Source: Vicugna vicugna (Eukaryota). Taken from it: a stretch of DNA of 64,000 bases. The notes below the pieces were generated by a model. The model was not told the DNA's origin and made no database searches. It worked only from the letters and a program-made list of their open reading frames with translations. Both the position numbers and the translations under genes were made by a program. This document shows positions 1 through 12,645 of the stretch, in pieces; the first letter of the stretch is position 1; each line of letters opens with the position of its first letter. The DNA lies in the NCBI GenBank assembly GCA_013265495.1, contig MU060645.1, forward strand, positions 992,001 through 1,056,000, given 5' to 3'.

Positions 1-230
1 TCTGTGGGAAGGTGGGAGCCTAAGGGACAGTTAGCAAAAACAGGTGGCCTAATCACATGGTCTAAGAGCCTCTCAATCCAAAATGACTCCATTCTTTTAT
101 TTCAGTGAAGTTGAATTCCCCTCTATTCTGAAGTCTTTCTCCCTTCTACTGCAGTAGTAGAAATCTACTGTTTCGTTGTTTTTAACAAGTGTCCGGTGCA
201 AAATTTTTGTTTTACAGCGGTAGAGGAATT
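1..230. mobile_element. possible old LTR fragment (3' part)
   Basis: LTR-like composition ending in ttttgttttaaca-type tails; family not recognised. Confidence 0.25.
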
Positions 231-499
231 TAAACAATCACAGTGAATCCTAGAAACCTAATGAAAAAGACACTGTAATGAGTATAAGTAAAGTAAAAAT
301 AAAGTAAAAATTGAACTGCCCATAAACATGCCCAATAAGGAAAGAAAAATAAAAGTGCTAGCTCGACAATGGTTCCATGCCATTTGCATATACACCAGTT
401 TTTTTCTTAAATATGCTACTGAAATGGAGGTCTCTCTGGAAAGGATTCTTTACATTATGACTTTTAAAGAATACAAATTTTTATTGATGGATAATATAA

Positions 500-720
500 A
501 TCATCTTAAGATAAAGAATATCTTATAGTTTATATTATAATATCTTATATGTAATATAATATAAATGTATGTAACATAATATAAAATATGACATAATATG
601 TCATATTTTTACAAAAATAAGTGTTACAACTATAAAAATTATTGAAATTCTTTAAAATGTACAAAATTGACTATAATAAAAATAGTAATCAGAATAGTTT
701 ACTCTAGAAATTAAAAAAAA
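500..720. repeat. AT-rich low-complexity tract
   Basis: near-pure A/T (atataatataatataaa...). Confidence 0.7.
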
Positions 721-2699
721 ATTCAATTCCAAATAGGCAAATAGAAAATGTAAAACAAATAAATAAGCACAAATTTACTGAACCATTTACTAAGTCAAAG
801 ATATGGCTAATTATATTGGTAAAGTAGGTGATAAGATATAAAGTTTGTAAATAACATAATATTCCATATTGTGATATGAAATAGGATTCAAGAATCAATA
901 ATAGACTCTAGTAATTGGAAACTGTCAGATAGAAAGGTACATTATCTTTATTTTTCCTTGTTTTTCTTGCTCTTAATCAAATACCACATATCATAAAGTA
1001 GGTGAAAGAATGAATGAAAAATCCCCATGCCATATATTATACAACCAGTGTAACTCTCATACTGTATACTAATAGTAATATGAGCTTAATAGTATGAATA
1101 TATGTGTTAATATGAGCTTAATTGTTTTTACAATAGAAAAAGCAATTATTGTAGCTCTAGATACTATATCCCTGTCCAGATATAGTATTAAAATGTCACT
1201 CTTAACACACACTGAATTCATGATAAAACATCATTTTATTGGGGAAAAAAACTGGTGCTTCACCTGAGTAGCTGCAAATGTTCAACTGTGGTAGTTTTCT
1301 CTCCACTTTTCAATGTGATTTTGAATTGAGAAAAATAACCTGTTAAAATTTCAGATGAACCATTTGCAATAGTCTTATATTCAAAGATGCCAAATAATGT
1401 GTTATTAGGAAGAATGATCATTCCATAGAGTCGAAATTTATTGCTGCATCATTTTTCTGGGTGGAAATTCTTAAGCCCCCATTTGGAGGATGAGATACCA
1501 AATGCAATCAAGTGGGAGTCCTGGCAGAATTAGAAAACCACCCCGACCCTCTAAGTTTATAGATTTAGCCAAATAGAGTCTCCGAATGGGTCTGCGGAGG
1601 AACACAGTGGCGGTAACATTCAGGCCATGTAAAGCAGAACAATTTGTGGGAATTTTGTCTTTATTGTAATACAGAGTTGCTTCTTCAATTGTTCCAAGTA
1701 TGGTTTCTTTTAAAAAAGCATTATACTCTCAGTTCTATATTCTAAAAACCTATCTTAAGACTTAGAACATTATCTCTTCAATGCCTAGACTTATAAACTT
1801 AAATTAATGCAGCAAGAAGCTACACGCATATCCTGAGCAAACAGTAGGGGCTTAATGAATCTGGAGTGAAAAAGCATCAACTGCACTGGCTTCAACAAAG
1901 TTTTAAAAGTAAAACTTGGAACATATGATTTAACAACTGAATTTTATGACAGTCTGTTGAGATCCAGAAATAATTTCCCCTAAATCCAGTCTGAACTCAT
2001 TTCCAGTTCCTTTCATATGATCATTCCTTGTATCTGCTTATACTAGGAAAGATCACAATATTGTTTATCATCTGGAGTACACTTTATTCTTGGAGGTAAT
2101 GGGTAATTTCCTGTTTTCGTATTAATGTTGGAAACTAGTTTAACTATATGAGATAATATTCACAAATAGAGAATAATTTGCCCCAAAAAGTGATTATAAT
2201 AACATTATTCAAACAAAACCACTCATCACTTTGGTGTATTTTCTTCTGGCATTCTTTAATGTGTATCTTGGTTTCAGACATTAGTAATAAAAGTATTTAT
2301 ATACCCTTATACCTTAATATTTTTATCACTATGTAACAAACATTTTCCCATGTTGCTAATTGATCTTCACAACAATTAGTTAACTGCTAATAGTAATGTA
2401 TATTTATTGGATATTCATGAATAACAGCCAAATGAGTAACTGTAATTTACTTAATTGTTCAATTATACAACAAATCCATGAAGGTCCCTCTGAGCCTTTT
2501 CTAAGCAAAAATGTTCTCTCTATAGATTCCTCATGGACATGATTTATTTCCCTGTATTCCTAATAGTTGCTTTTTTCCTGAATGCAGTCTACATTTCACA
2601 TCTCTCTTAAAGTATGAGAACAAGAATAGAACACAATTATCCTGGAGTAATAAAACAGTATAAAACAGAACAGTATCATAATTGCTCTTAGACTATTTC

Positions 2700-2870
2700 A
2701 AAGGTTATTAAAGTTTAATTTACAAAGAACTACCTAGGGGTTTCTTAAAATGCAGATTTCTGGGCCCCAACCTTACAGGTTCTGTTTCAGTGAATAATGT
2801 GTTGGGTCAATGTACACTTTAAAAACCAACCAGGTGATTGTGATGCCATGAGCTACACTCTGAAAATAGT
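2700..2870. mobile_element. MER5-family (hAT-Charlie) MITE fragment
   Basis: ttcttaaaatgcagatttctgggccccaacc...ccaggtgattgtgatgc resembles the MER5 core. Confidence 0.6.
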
Positions 2871-3000
2871 GACACAGGTGATACATTTATATTACAGTGA
2901 CCAACAACTGTCATTGACTTTTTAACAGTCACATCAAACTCTCAACTATACTGAAGTTACTGGTGCATAACCCCCTTAAAATCTTGTTTGCTGAATCTAG

Positions 3001-3156
3001 NNNNNNNNNNNNNNNNNNNNNNNNNNNNNNNNNNNNNNNNNNNNNNNNNNNNNNNNNNNNNNNNNNNNNNNNNNNNNNNNNNNNNNNNNNNNNNNNNNNN
3101 NNNNNNNNNNNNNNNNNNNNNNNNNNNNNNNNNNNNNNNNNNNNNNNNNNNNNNNN
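3001..3156. other. assembly gap (156 N)
   Basis: N run directly abutting an L1 ORF2 fragment. Confidence 0.98.
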
Positions 3157-3437
3157 GATGCAAAATCTTCAGCAAAAAACTACCAAACCAAATTCAGCAG
3201 TAGATTAAAAGGATCATACAGCATGATCAAATGGGATTTATCCTAAGGATGCAAGGATTTTTCAATATCTGCAAATCAGTCAACGTGATGCACCACATTA
3301 ACAAATTGAAGAATAAAAACCATATGATCATCTCAATGGATGCAGAAAAAGCTTTTGATAAATTCAACATCCATTTACGGTAAGAACTCCCCAGAAAGTG
3401 GGCATAGACAAGACATACCTCAACATAATAAAGGCCA
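3157..3437 (+). mobile_element. LINE-1 ORF2 (RT region) fragment, relatively young
   Basis: translates [66 protein letters not shown], matching L1 ORF2 [35 protein letters not shown]...DAEKAFDK, with one in-frame stop. Confidence 0.95.
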
Positions 3438-3559
3438 GTATACTTACTATGTTGCAGTGGTAAAAGTATTTAATCCAAGTTCAGGGTTGGTTCCACCGTC
3501 AAAATTCTCCCAACTCAGTGCCTAAAAGAAAAGCCACTTTTTATGGGAAACCTTCCTGG

Positions 3560-3800
3560 GTCTCGGGAAATGGATGTCACCGATACTTCCATCATCTTCC
3601 ATAGCACTTTGTGCCCCACTCATAGCACTGACCACTTTCTAACTTCTACCATAATCATTTGCGTACATGCCTTCCCTCTACTTCGACAATCAAGAGTTAA
3701 GTTCATAACCCAGGCCTGAATCTTCACAATATCTGTCTTTACCCCTAGCACCTAAGAATGAGCCTTGTAGAGGGTGCTCCATAATTATTGGTAGAAAACA
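3560..3800 (+). mobile_element. L2 3' fragment
   Basis: degenerate L2 tail (cccctagcacctaag...gctccataattattgg). Confidence 0.55.
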
Positions 3801-4359
3801 TATATGAATGACTCTGAGAGAATGAACTTGAGAGTGTTGTGCTAAAACTGTTTCAAAAGATACTGACATACTTCTTACCAGCCTGAAAGTGCTCTGGATT
3901 TGAAACCAAAGAACCACAACTAAGATTCATCTTTGTTACTTGTTGATTACATGGGTTTGGGCAAGTTAACTACAAATTAGCTTTCCTGCCGATAAATTGA
4001 GGTGACTGTATGACTTAATCTCCAATACTGGTTGGCTCATTTCTATAGGAGCAGTGATCAAAAAGATCAATGATAATGTATTCAAATGATACATAGACTT
4101 TCCTCTGGTAAGTAAGTATAGAGTATATTGAAGAAAAAAAAAGACATGCAGACTCTACCCCTGAAATCTTCTCAATACTAAATATGATGCCAATACTACA
4201 TTTCTGGGCTCTAGTGTTAAATACGATTAGTATAATTTTATACGTAAGTAATTCATTTTCCTTCTTTATTAAATATTAACACCTTTAAAGCAAATTTTTA
4301 TAGGTTAAATATTCTAATCGTAGATATTTTTGTTAGAAGCATATGTATTTATTTTCCCA

Positions 4360-4500
4360 TCTCCCCAGATTTGCAAGCAAGTTCTTAAGGACATGTCTTT
4401 TGTCTCCCCCTAAATGCTATATATACCACCAGCATCTAACAACAGTACATGGTACGTGGTATGTATACAGTACATACTTCTAAATGAATGAATGAATAAA
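4360..4500 (+). mobile_element. L2 3' end
   Basis: ends in aaatgaatgaatgaataaa, typical of the L2 tail. Confidence 0.6.
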
Positions 4501-4974
4501 TTTGGATCTCAAGATCCTACTTGCTTTAGATAGTCCATACATATAGGACTGATATTTTAATCAGTTGTAGAAGTTCTTTTGAGTTAAAATTTTTTTTATT
4601 GGAATCCATAAAAAAGGGAGATATTGGGCTTTCCCAGCAATGACACAAATATAAATGATTTTGTTCATGAAGAAATGAAGCATTTATATGGCCAGATTTA
4701 TTTTTTAAATCATCATAATAAATTTTTCTAATTTGTATACAGTAATAACTTCTCTTTCATAACCTGATTCATAATACTTCAGTCCAGTAAGTCCAGTGAT
4801 TTTTTTTAAAAATGCTTCTTCAATCTATTTTCATATATTTGACATTAATATTGTAACTAATATCTCAGGTCATTATTTAATTTTGAGCATTCCTCATGTG
4901 GAAAACACCCAGAACTCTTAAGGGAAATAAAAACTATGACTTTGGTTCAGTACAGGAAACTAAAACATTCAAGA

Positions 4975-5360
4975 GGTCTTTTTTTAACTTCTCATTTTTA
5001 AATAATTACAGATTCAAAAGAGTTTGCAAAAATAATACAAAGAGGTTCCTTGTACCTTTCACCCAGTTTCCTTCAATGGCAACATCTGACGTAATTTTAG
5101 GATAATATCAAAACCAAAAAATTGACATTGGTATAATCTACAGACTTTATTCTGGTTTTGACAATTTTATATACATTCATTTGTGTGTATGTGTGCATTT
5201 GTGTGTGTATAGTTCTAAACAATCTTATTATATGTATAGTTTCATGTAACAACTACCACAATCAATATACGGACTGTTTTATTCCATCATCAATAACCAA
5301 ATCCCTTGTCCTACATCTGTATATCCATACCCACCTCCAACCTGTCCTTATCTTTTAATA
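4975..5360 (-). mobile_element. L1M (L1MB/L1MC-age) 3' end
   Basis: ttttaaataattacagattcaaaagagtttgcaaaaataatacaaagaggttccttgtacctttcacccagtttcc matches an antisense L1M 3'UTR. Confidence 0.8.
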
Positions 5361-5569
5361 CTCTACATTTTAAAGAAAAAAAATCTATATTTTAATTGAC
5401 TTGTCTTTCCATAAAGGAACAATTTTTCCTAGATTCCCAATACATGCATGGTTTCCATGTTTTTTTTTTCTTAAAAGGCTATTTGTCTTGCTGTCTGCCA
5501 AAATCTTAAATGAAAGAGTTATTATATGCTCCATTTTCTGTCACATGTTCTACTGAGGAATGTGACTTT

Positions 5570-5841
5570 ATAAACTAATGAACAGAAAGCTTTATTTTAG
5601 AAGATGGCAATGTGGGGGTTCTGAGAATTTGTGTTAAATAAGACAACACTTAGTTTAATCACTAGCAATTTAAATGATTAGTAGGAAATACTAATGTGTT
5701 TTGGTAGTTCAATTTACCTGTAAGTTTCTACTTGTCAATACCAACACTGTTGACAATTGGAGAAAACTAACACAAAATTTGAAATAGAAGATCTGATTAT
5801 CAGTGACATTCACGTAGCAAGGATTTTTATAGCAAAGTGAC
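5570..5841 (-). other. candidate 3'-terminal exon (phase 0 gives VTLL*; AATAAA at 5596-5591)
   Basis: acceptor tttttttgttgttgtttatttatag|G at 5842/5841; GTC ACT TTG CTA TAA; AATAAA about 230 nt downstream; non-repetitive. Confidence 0.3.
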
Positions 5842-6106
5842 CTATAAATAAACAACAACAAAAAAACCCCAAGAACAACCATCTCCAGTCGCTCAACTTT
5901 CCTTCCAGCTCTATTGTATTAAGATGAATGTCTATAAGCATGCTACCTGTTATAAATTCTATCATATAAATGTAGAATATGCAACCAAAAATAATCATCA
6001 ATTTTGGTTAGCATGTAAAGTGTTCTTGAAGTTAGGTATTTTTTATTTAAATAGCTAGTGTTGTTAATATAATAGGCATTTAACATATTAACTTCGTCTA
6101 CCTTAC

Positions 6107-6135
6107 TTTCACCACACTTTTTCTAATAATTTCTC
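6107..6135 (-). other. candidate 29-nt exon (EIIRKSVVK or EKLLEKVW*)
   Basis: acceptor ctgtctgtatttttttctcataag|G and donor AAA|gtaagg. Confidence 0.3.
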
Positions 6136-6499
6136 CTTATGAGAAAAAAATACAGACAGTAAGTTATGAATCTAATGTAACATACTCATATATACATCAT
6201 ATACCCAATGGTTTATGACAATGATAAAGAAAAATAGATTGCTATATATAATTTTTTACTGTTGTCTTAATATAATGAGTTTATAATAAGTATCCTCAGT
6301 GTTTTTGGTAGAATCACATTTTATTTGGTATGTATCATCAGTGGAAGCACAGGAAAAAAGCTTTTTTAAAAAAAAGTTAATGTTTTTAGCTTGAAATAAT
6401 AAAAAAAAATTAATGACATTTATTAATGAAATTTTAAAAAGCATAATGACATTTAATGTTGAAAAAGATAACCATTTTTCAATTTATATAGAATGAGTA

Positions 6500-6715
6500 A
6501 ATTGACCCCTTAACAGTGTAGGGATTAGGGGTGCCCACCTTACATTCAGACGAAAATCCACATAGAACTGAGATCTGGCCTTGTGTATGTGCATTTCTTC
6601 CATATCCAAGGTTCAACCAACTGGAGACCACGTAGTGCTGTAGTATTTACTATTTTTTTTAAATCAACCTATAATTGGACCTACACAGTTCAAAACTGTG
6701 TCGTTCATTCAACTG
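6500..6715 (+). mobile_element. MER8-like (Tigger2-derived) MITE
   Basis: aattgacccct...cagttcaaaactgtgtcgttcattcaactg with TA on both sides; internal gtagtgctgtagtatttactatt as in MER8. Confidence 0.85.
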
Positions 6716-7099
6716 TAATGTTATTTTGTTTTCTAGTCTATAGTTCTTTTTAGTACATTACAAAAGGAAATGACAGTAACTATCTATTGTAATAAAGAAT
6801 TCAAAGGCAGACAGGTAACTGCCTATCCAGTAGAAAATCACTTCATCTAGTAAATGAGTTCACAGTAAAGAAAACTTTGGTCCACTAAATGCATGTTACC
6901 AAAGTCAGATGCCTTGTTTCAATAAGTGTATGTGCATGCTTTTAAGAGATAATATCTAAATTATATATATATATATTATAATGAGATTTAAATTTTAAGT
7001 TTCATTTGAAGAACAAAACACATTCCATCTGCTATGTCTCTTAACAATTCACACATGTGAGGGAATAAAGAGGTAAAAAGTTGAAGAAAGAGCTTTTGA

Positions 7100-7740
7100 A
7101 TCAACTGTCTGTATGCTTTGGAGCTAAGCCCACTGTGGAGGGGTTGGAAATGTTTTCCTGTTCACCCTGAGTCAAGAGAAAACCTTCACCCTTCAGTTTG
7201 TGAGGAAAAGAAAAAGGATACACCATTATCTGACTTAGAGCTGAGTAGGAGTTTTATAGCCAAACAAGAGATGACTGTTGCACTGATCCCAGACTTTATT
7301 GGAACATGAACAGAAAAGAGGTGAGCTGTGTGTGATTAAGAACTAATGTAGGTTCATCTTAGGTCCTGACCAAGAGGAATGTCTGGGAGAGCCACAGACC
7401 TCAGCAGAAAGGCTTGAGAAGACGTACTGAATGCCTTGAAGCTGGGGGAGGAGACTGGAATAGGTGAAAATTGACCCCAAAGAGGGAAATAACAGGTGGT
7501 ATCTCTGAAAACGTCTATGCACCATCACCACAGTGCCAGTGAAGTAAATACTCTACTGCTCCCCATACCTCTATTCCTCCCTGCACTCTAATCATGAGGA
7601 ATCCAAAACCAAGGTAACAAGATGTTGAAAAATATATAAAAGTGCACGGCAGAGAAAGAAGAAAACAAACCACACCTTCCAGCTTGCCACTGGGCCACAC
7701 TAGGGGAAAGAGGAGATATGGAGAAGGAACGTACTACTTT
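7100..7740. mobile_element. possible ancient LTR remnant
   Basis: higher-GC, purine-rich block with LTR-like texture; family not recognised. Confidence 0.25.
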
Positions 7741-7889
7741 AAAATAGAGTTTTGATTATTATTGAACACATTATTGAGAGGAAGGCCTTTTACCTTCTGA
7801 AGGTGATCCAAAGGGTCATGAGATGTGCACTACATTTCATGGAGAGCCTGAGTAAGAATAGCCCCATAGTCTTAAAAAAAAAAAAGTAG

Positions 7890-8100
7890 GAGATAACGTT
7901 GCTCTATGATAGCATTATATAAGTAGGGTTTGTTTATTTAATCCTTACAACTATTAAATCATCACCTTTATACTTAATGTGCACCATAACTAGTTATATA
8001 AATAAGCAAGGGAGCCAAATACATTTAAACCTTCCTCATTCAGTGCAAACACAAACATACGTGTTATAGTTAATACAGGCAGAACGTAACAAATTTAAAT
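7890..8100 (-). mobile_element. MIR fragment
   Basis: tttaatccttacaac...atcacctttatac..., degenerate MIR core. Confidence 0.5.
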
Positions 8101-9018
8101 GTGGTTGAATTCAAAAGCCATCCCCTTTACACGACTGCACATTGGAAAATGCATATACATATCACCTGTTTTGCTTTGTCTTCGTTCACACCAAAGAAGT
8201 TTTGTAAAGAAATTCATAAGAAGGTGGACTTATTGGACAAGTAAAAAACACAGAGCATCTAAACTCAACTAATCCTGACAAGAATTAACTGGAAAAAAAA
8301 AACCCCACAATTTCTCAATAGCTCCCTTCTTGTGGCTCACAATTGTATACAAAACCCATTACAGTAATAACACTTCACAAGCAGTACTCTTACGTTTCAA
8401 GGGAAAAGAGTGCTTTCGGAAACATGAACTGAAATACTGATTCAAATAGTGTATTTTTAAACTCAATTATAGTACTAACAGCTCTTTCAATTTTTAGGAA
8501 AATTTAAATTTTGCTGCACCCCTCTTTCTCACACAATCCTATTCATTTCGGTTTTATTCTCCACTAGATTTCTGTTTCAATTCAATAATTTCAGCATTTC
8601 TATTTTGAGAAATTATAGATAATTAATTACTCTGTCCCTCCAGATTGATTTAAATTATTACAGAAAATGGGATTCAAAGTTTTTAATGTGCACTAGGGGA
8701 AAAAAATCACATTGGCGGTAATCATTAGTAATTAAATGCTTTTAAAATTAGGAAGATAAATATATCCTGCCAGTCAAATTCCTCAGAGTCACAAAGGAAG
8801 AGACTTTACCAGGCTGCTTAAAGGAATGGAAGTTTATTATAAAGAAAAAGAGGTAATTCTGTAGAAGAACAATGATTCCAATTGCAGGCATGGAGGGTGT
8901 AAGCATTGTAGGCTCCTGGGAAAGTTGTTCTAGTTTCAACAGGAGCCGGATTACCCACCCTAACTTTGCACTTACTTTGCAGTTACAGAGAGAGGAATGT
9001 GTATGGGACTGCACTTAC

Positions 9019-9054
9019 TTGGTTTGATTCAGCACTACACCACAGAGCAGGGTT
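9019..9054 (-). other. weak candidate 36-nt exon (NPALWCSAESNQ in phase 0)
   Basis: ctgccctctag| acceptor and CAA|gtaagt donor; short pyrimidine tract. Confidence 0.12.
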
Positions 9055-9273
9055 CTAGAGGGCAGTTTAGACCACCTTTTCAGAAAAGGCTCTATTCCGT
9101 TATGCTCAGCTTCCGGTTTCAGGCTGGTCAATTTCAGTACCTCTGTATGGCAGCTAGAGTTTTCCATAAAGAAGCAAACTGGCATCTAAGCCCAAAAGTA
9201 TGAAGACAGGGGTAAGGGGAGATGGAATTGGTTGAGACCACGTTCCTATGAAGGCATTTATACGAATGAAAGG

Positions 9274-9694
9274 TGTTGGGCGACATTCTCCAGAGGTCCT
9301 TCACATGTCTGTATATCTTGTGAGCAGAGGTACTTTGTCTCAGACTATCTTTTTAAAGATGTTTGTACAATGAACAGCCTTAGAAGATAAAGATAGCATC
9401 TCCCTCTGAGCAATGGGCAGGCATTCTTACTGTTCAGTGTAAAACATTCGGTTCCCCTAAATACAGGGTTCCTCTCCTATAATGCAACTCACTGTGCGAA
9501 TAGGTGTCATCTGGCCTTCTCTATGCCACACCGTGGGAACTGGGGTTTGGAGAACTACCATTGCCACGAGTAATAAAGCCCTTAGACTCTGACCCCGGAG
9601 CCTATGTCTTCTGCCAGTAACCATGAACCTGTAGTAGGGCATCTTGTTAGCCTGCAAATAGGGTCAAACCTGAGACAGGTCAGAAGTTGTCACA
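9274..9694 (+). mobile_element. ERVL-class solo LTR (MER77-like)
   Basis: TG...CA ends; tcttgtgagcagagg...actatctttttaaagatgtttgtacaatgaacagccttagaagataaagatagcatctccctctgagc; internal aataaa at about 9572. Confidence 0.75.
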
Positions 9695-9814
9695 ATTCTT
9701 AGGAGAAGGTTGAGAAGATCAGTAAATGTTTCCATAGAATATTCAATCACTCTTCAATTTATAAGCCAAGCAGCATGCTAGACCCTGCAGTCTAGAAGAA
9801 TGAAATGGCTAAAT

Positions 9815-9945
9815 GTTTTGTTGCCATACAGAATAAGCTTCAAATTCTGAATCTGTCACTTGTTTGTTGTTGCAACTTCTTTACCTATGAAATGGGTATT
9901 TAAAAAAATTTATATGGCAGTGTTGATCATGCATACAAATATATA
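9815..9945 (+). mobile_element. MIR fragment
   Basis: ttcaaattctgaatctgtcactt...tacctatgaaatgggtatt. Confidence 0.55.
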
Positions 9946-10489
9946 ATACAGTATTTTTTTTTTCGGGTCTAGGGCTTCCCAACCTAAGATGACTCCTTAA
10001 TATTTTCACTATTGTAGAGCTCCTCGCCCTTGTCACAGACTGGACTAAGGGATTGTACTCATGGTGTCAAGTCATTTTCTGGCATCCTGATATTTCACTT
10101 CTGCAAAACCAATCATATTGTCCAGGCATTCTGTCCAACTTGGTCACAAAGAAGCCATATGAAGCCAATTACATCATTTTTCATTCCAGTATTTTTCTTA
10201 AGTGCTTTCAACTCTGCTGCATGTACCTAGCTTTTTAAACAATGGATATGACAATCACTCATTCTTATAGCATCATTATATTTTGTATGTGCCATAAATT
10301 TCTGTGAATGAAAACAAACATTTCCACATGGCAACTTGAAAAATGTTTAAAGTTTACTGCAGACTGTTAAGAAAAAGTCTATTAACATTGAGTTTTTTTT
10401 TTAAGAGATGCAGGTGGCAAAAATGCTAAAACTAACAGTAGAGTGACCATTTGGACTAAAACTGGAACTATTCATTTTATTGAAGTACT

Positions 10490-10830
10490 TCCACTCGCCA
10501 TCTACTTAGTCATTTCCTGCTCCTTTCCTGGAAAACCTCTATGGTGTCAGTCAAAATTAGACCCATACTTAAATATTTAAATGGAGCCTTTTCTTGCCAC
10601 CATCACCTTGATACCTGAGCTCAGCTGGTGAATGTCATTTCTCCTTTCTTTATACACCTGTCACATATTTTACCTTCTGAAGCAATTAATCATATCCTTT
10701 CTTATAATTAGTTTTGGATGTGTAATATCTCCCTCTGTTACACTATAAATCACCCTGAGAAGAAGGTTTATAGTTTAATTATATTTTATGACTTACAGTA
10801 GCAAGGAGTCAGCAGTAGTCATAGAATGTG
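10490..10830 (+). mobile_element. L2 3' region
   Basis: cttaaatatt...ccttttcttgccacc...cactataaatcaccctgagaag..., L2 tail. Confidence 0.55.
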
Positions 10831-10889
10831 TCCGAAGTGAAGAACATTATAATACAAACAATAAAGCAATAGGGATCCAGAACTAATAA

Positions 10890-11110
10890 TGATACTACAC
10901 TAATCTTTATTGAGAATTTACTTTGAGCCAGGCATTGTGGTAAGTGCTTTACCTGTATTTTCATTTGATATTTACAATACCCTTTGAGATTATCAGTATC
11001 ATTTTTCCCATTCCAGATTTTAAAAAAGGGAGGCTTAGCATAGGTAAGTAACTACCTTCAAGGTCATATAGTAAGTTAGAAATAAAGTCAGGTTAAGAGT
11101 CCATGCCATT
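10890..11110 (-). mobile_element. MIR
   Basis: tttattgagaatttactttgagccaggcattgtggtaagtgctttacctgtattttcattt...ggaggcttag...aaggtcatatag. Confidence 0.85.
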
Positions 11111-11268
11111 AAGTTCCTTTGTAAGAAACCAAAATGTAAGAATGCAGACACCATTAGAAATTTACCACCATGCTTATCTAAGAAGAGCACTCTAAGGAAT
11201 ATTTTCAGTCCATTAAATATTCTATAATTTTATGAATGATAAATGCAAACTTTTACTTAGTGACTCAC

Positions 11269-11300
11269 TTGACAAAAAGCTTTTCTTATTGCCTTGACAC
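11269..11300 (-). other. candidate 32-nt exon (CQGNKKSFLS or VKAIRKAFCQ)
   Basis: acceptor aaaatttatattttag|G and donor CAA|gtgagt; two open frames. Confidence 0.3.
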
Positions 11301-11799
11301 CTAAAATATAAATTTTTAAGTCACAAATTACCCATGATCATTTAAAAAGTATCATTAAAAGTGGTAAGGATGACAGGTTTTTAACAGTGTACAATTAACC
11401 CCATGAATACTTTATTCAACCTTCGTGACATAATAAAAAATCATGATGGCTTTGGGAACACCATAACACATCGTATATATAGTAACAAAATTTTCTTCTG
11501 CTTTAAGTCCAGTGTAGTCATAGGAAGTGATCTATGTAGTTCAATTTGACATGAGAACATTATCTTATTTGTGTTCTCACAAAGTGCTAATCAGGAAACT
11601 TGGAGAAGAACAGAATCTCTGTTCCTATGAAGACAACATAACTTAAATGGCTCAGTTTCATTCTATAGGAGTATGTTAGGTTGTGCTTTGCAGAAAACAA
11701 ACTTTAGCCTAATAATAATTTAAATATCAATTCTTACAGCTTAAATCAAGGTATGACATCCATCAAATGTCATCATATAGGTTCAGATGAGCACTGGTT

Positions 11800-12640
11800 A
11801 ATTTAATTCATTCACCAAATCTTTATTAGGCACCTACTACCCCTCTGAGATAATGTATTAGTTGCTTGGAACACACAGACTAGTAAAACACCATTCCTGC
11901 CGTTTAGGCACTCGTGGTCTAGAAATGGGAACTAGAAATGCAAACAAGTCAGGGTGACAGTGTGTATTTTATAAGAGAAATATATACAGGCTGAAATGGG
12001 TGCCTCAAAAACATGGTCAGTTCTAATTAAAGGAATAACAAAGTTTCACTGAGCTAAAACCCTGAAAACAATCTGAGTCTTGAAAACAGGGGGAAAAGTT
12101 ATTTTTTTTTTGAAGGGGATGGGGTTGAGAATGGAAGAGGGTACTTAAGACAGTAGGAAAAGCTTAAGAAAAGAGATGGAGACTAGAAAATAGTCTCACA
12201 TGTTCTGGGGATGACAGATTGGATCACAGAAGGGATAAAGGTGTGATAAAAGGGCTACCTGGAAAGATAATCTAGAACTAGATCACGGAGCATTTTGTCT
12301 AAGAAATGATCATGCTTGCACTTTATTCCATAGGTATTTTGGAGGCCATGAGAATGCTTAGGCAAAGGAATAACAGAATCAGATTCAGATTTGAGAGAAA
12401 ATATACTGGCAATCCAGAGTAGGAAGGCTGGATCAGAAGTACGAAAATGTGAAAAGTGGGGAAATGCGAGAAGACTGCATTAGCCCAGATAGGAGATGAG
12501 CAGCGTGAAGTGAGGTGGTAGCAGAAGAGATTGAGAAGAGGGGGAAGACCGCAGCAGTATATCCCCACAGTGCACACCTTAGAAATATTTGAGTTCTTTT
12601 TTGTTTCATGTTGACTGGTAATACTGACATTTAGTGGTTG
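11800..12640 (-). mobile_element. L2
   Basis: starts attcattcaccaaatctttattaggcacctacta (antisense L2 tail), followed by the purine-rich L2 body. Confidence 0.8.
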
Positions 12641-12645
12641 AAACA

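Noticed and set aside
2957-3208. ORFs spanning N runs (also 51770-52027 and 58985-59758)
   Set aside because: Artefacts of translating through gaps.
4049-4107. Plus-strand exon-like segment (tttctatag|...CTG|gtaagt)
   Set aside because: Stops in all three frames and no partner exons; chance or a lncRNA exon at best.
11269-11300. Resemblance of ...RKAFCQ to the PTGER3 splice junction ...RKFCQ
   Set aside because: Upstream PTGER3 coding sequence and its known alternative tails are absent; the similarity is superficial, so no gene symbol was assigned.
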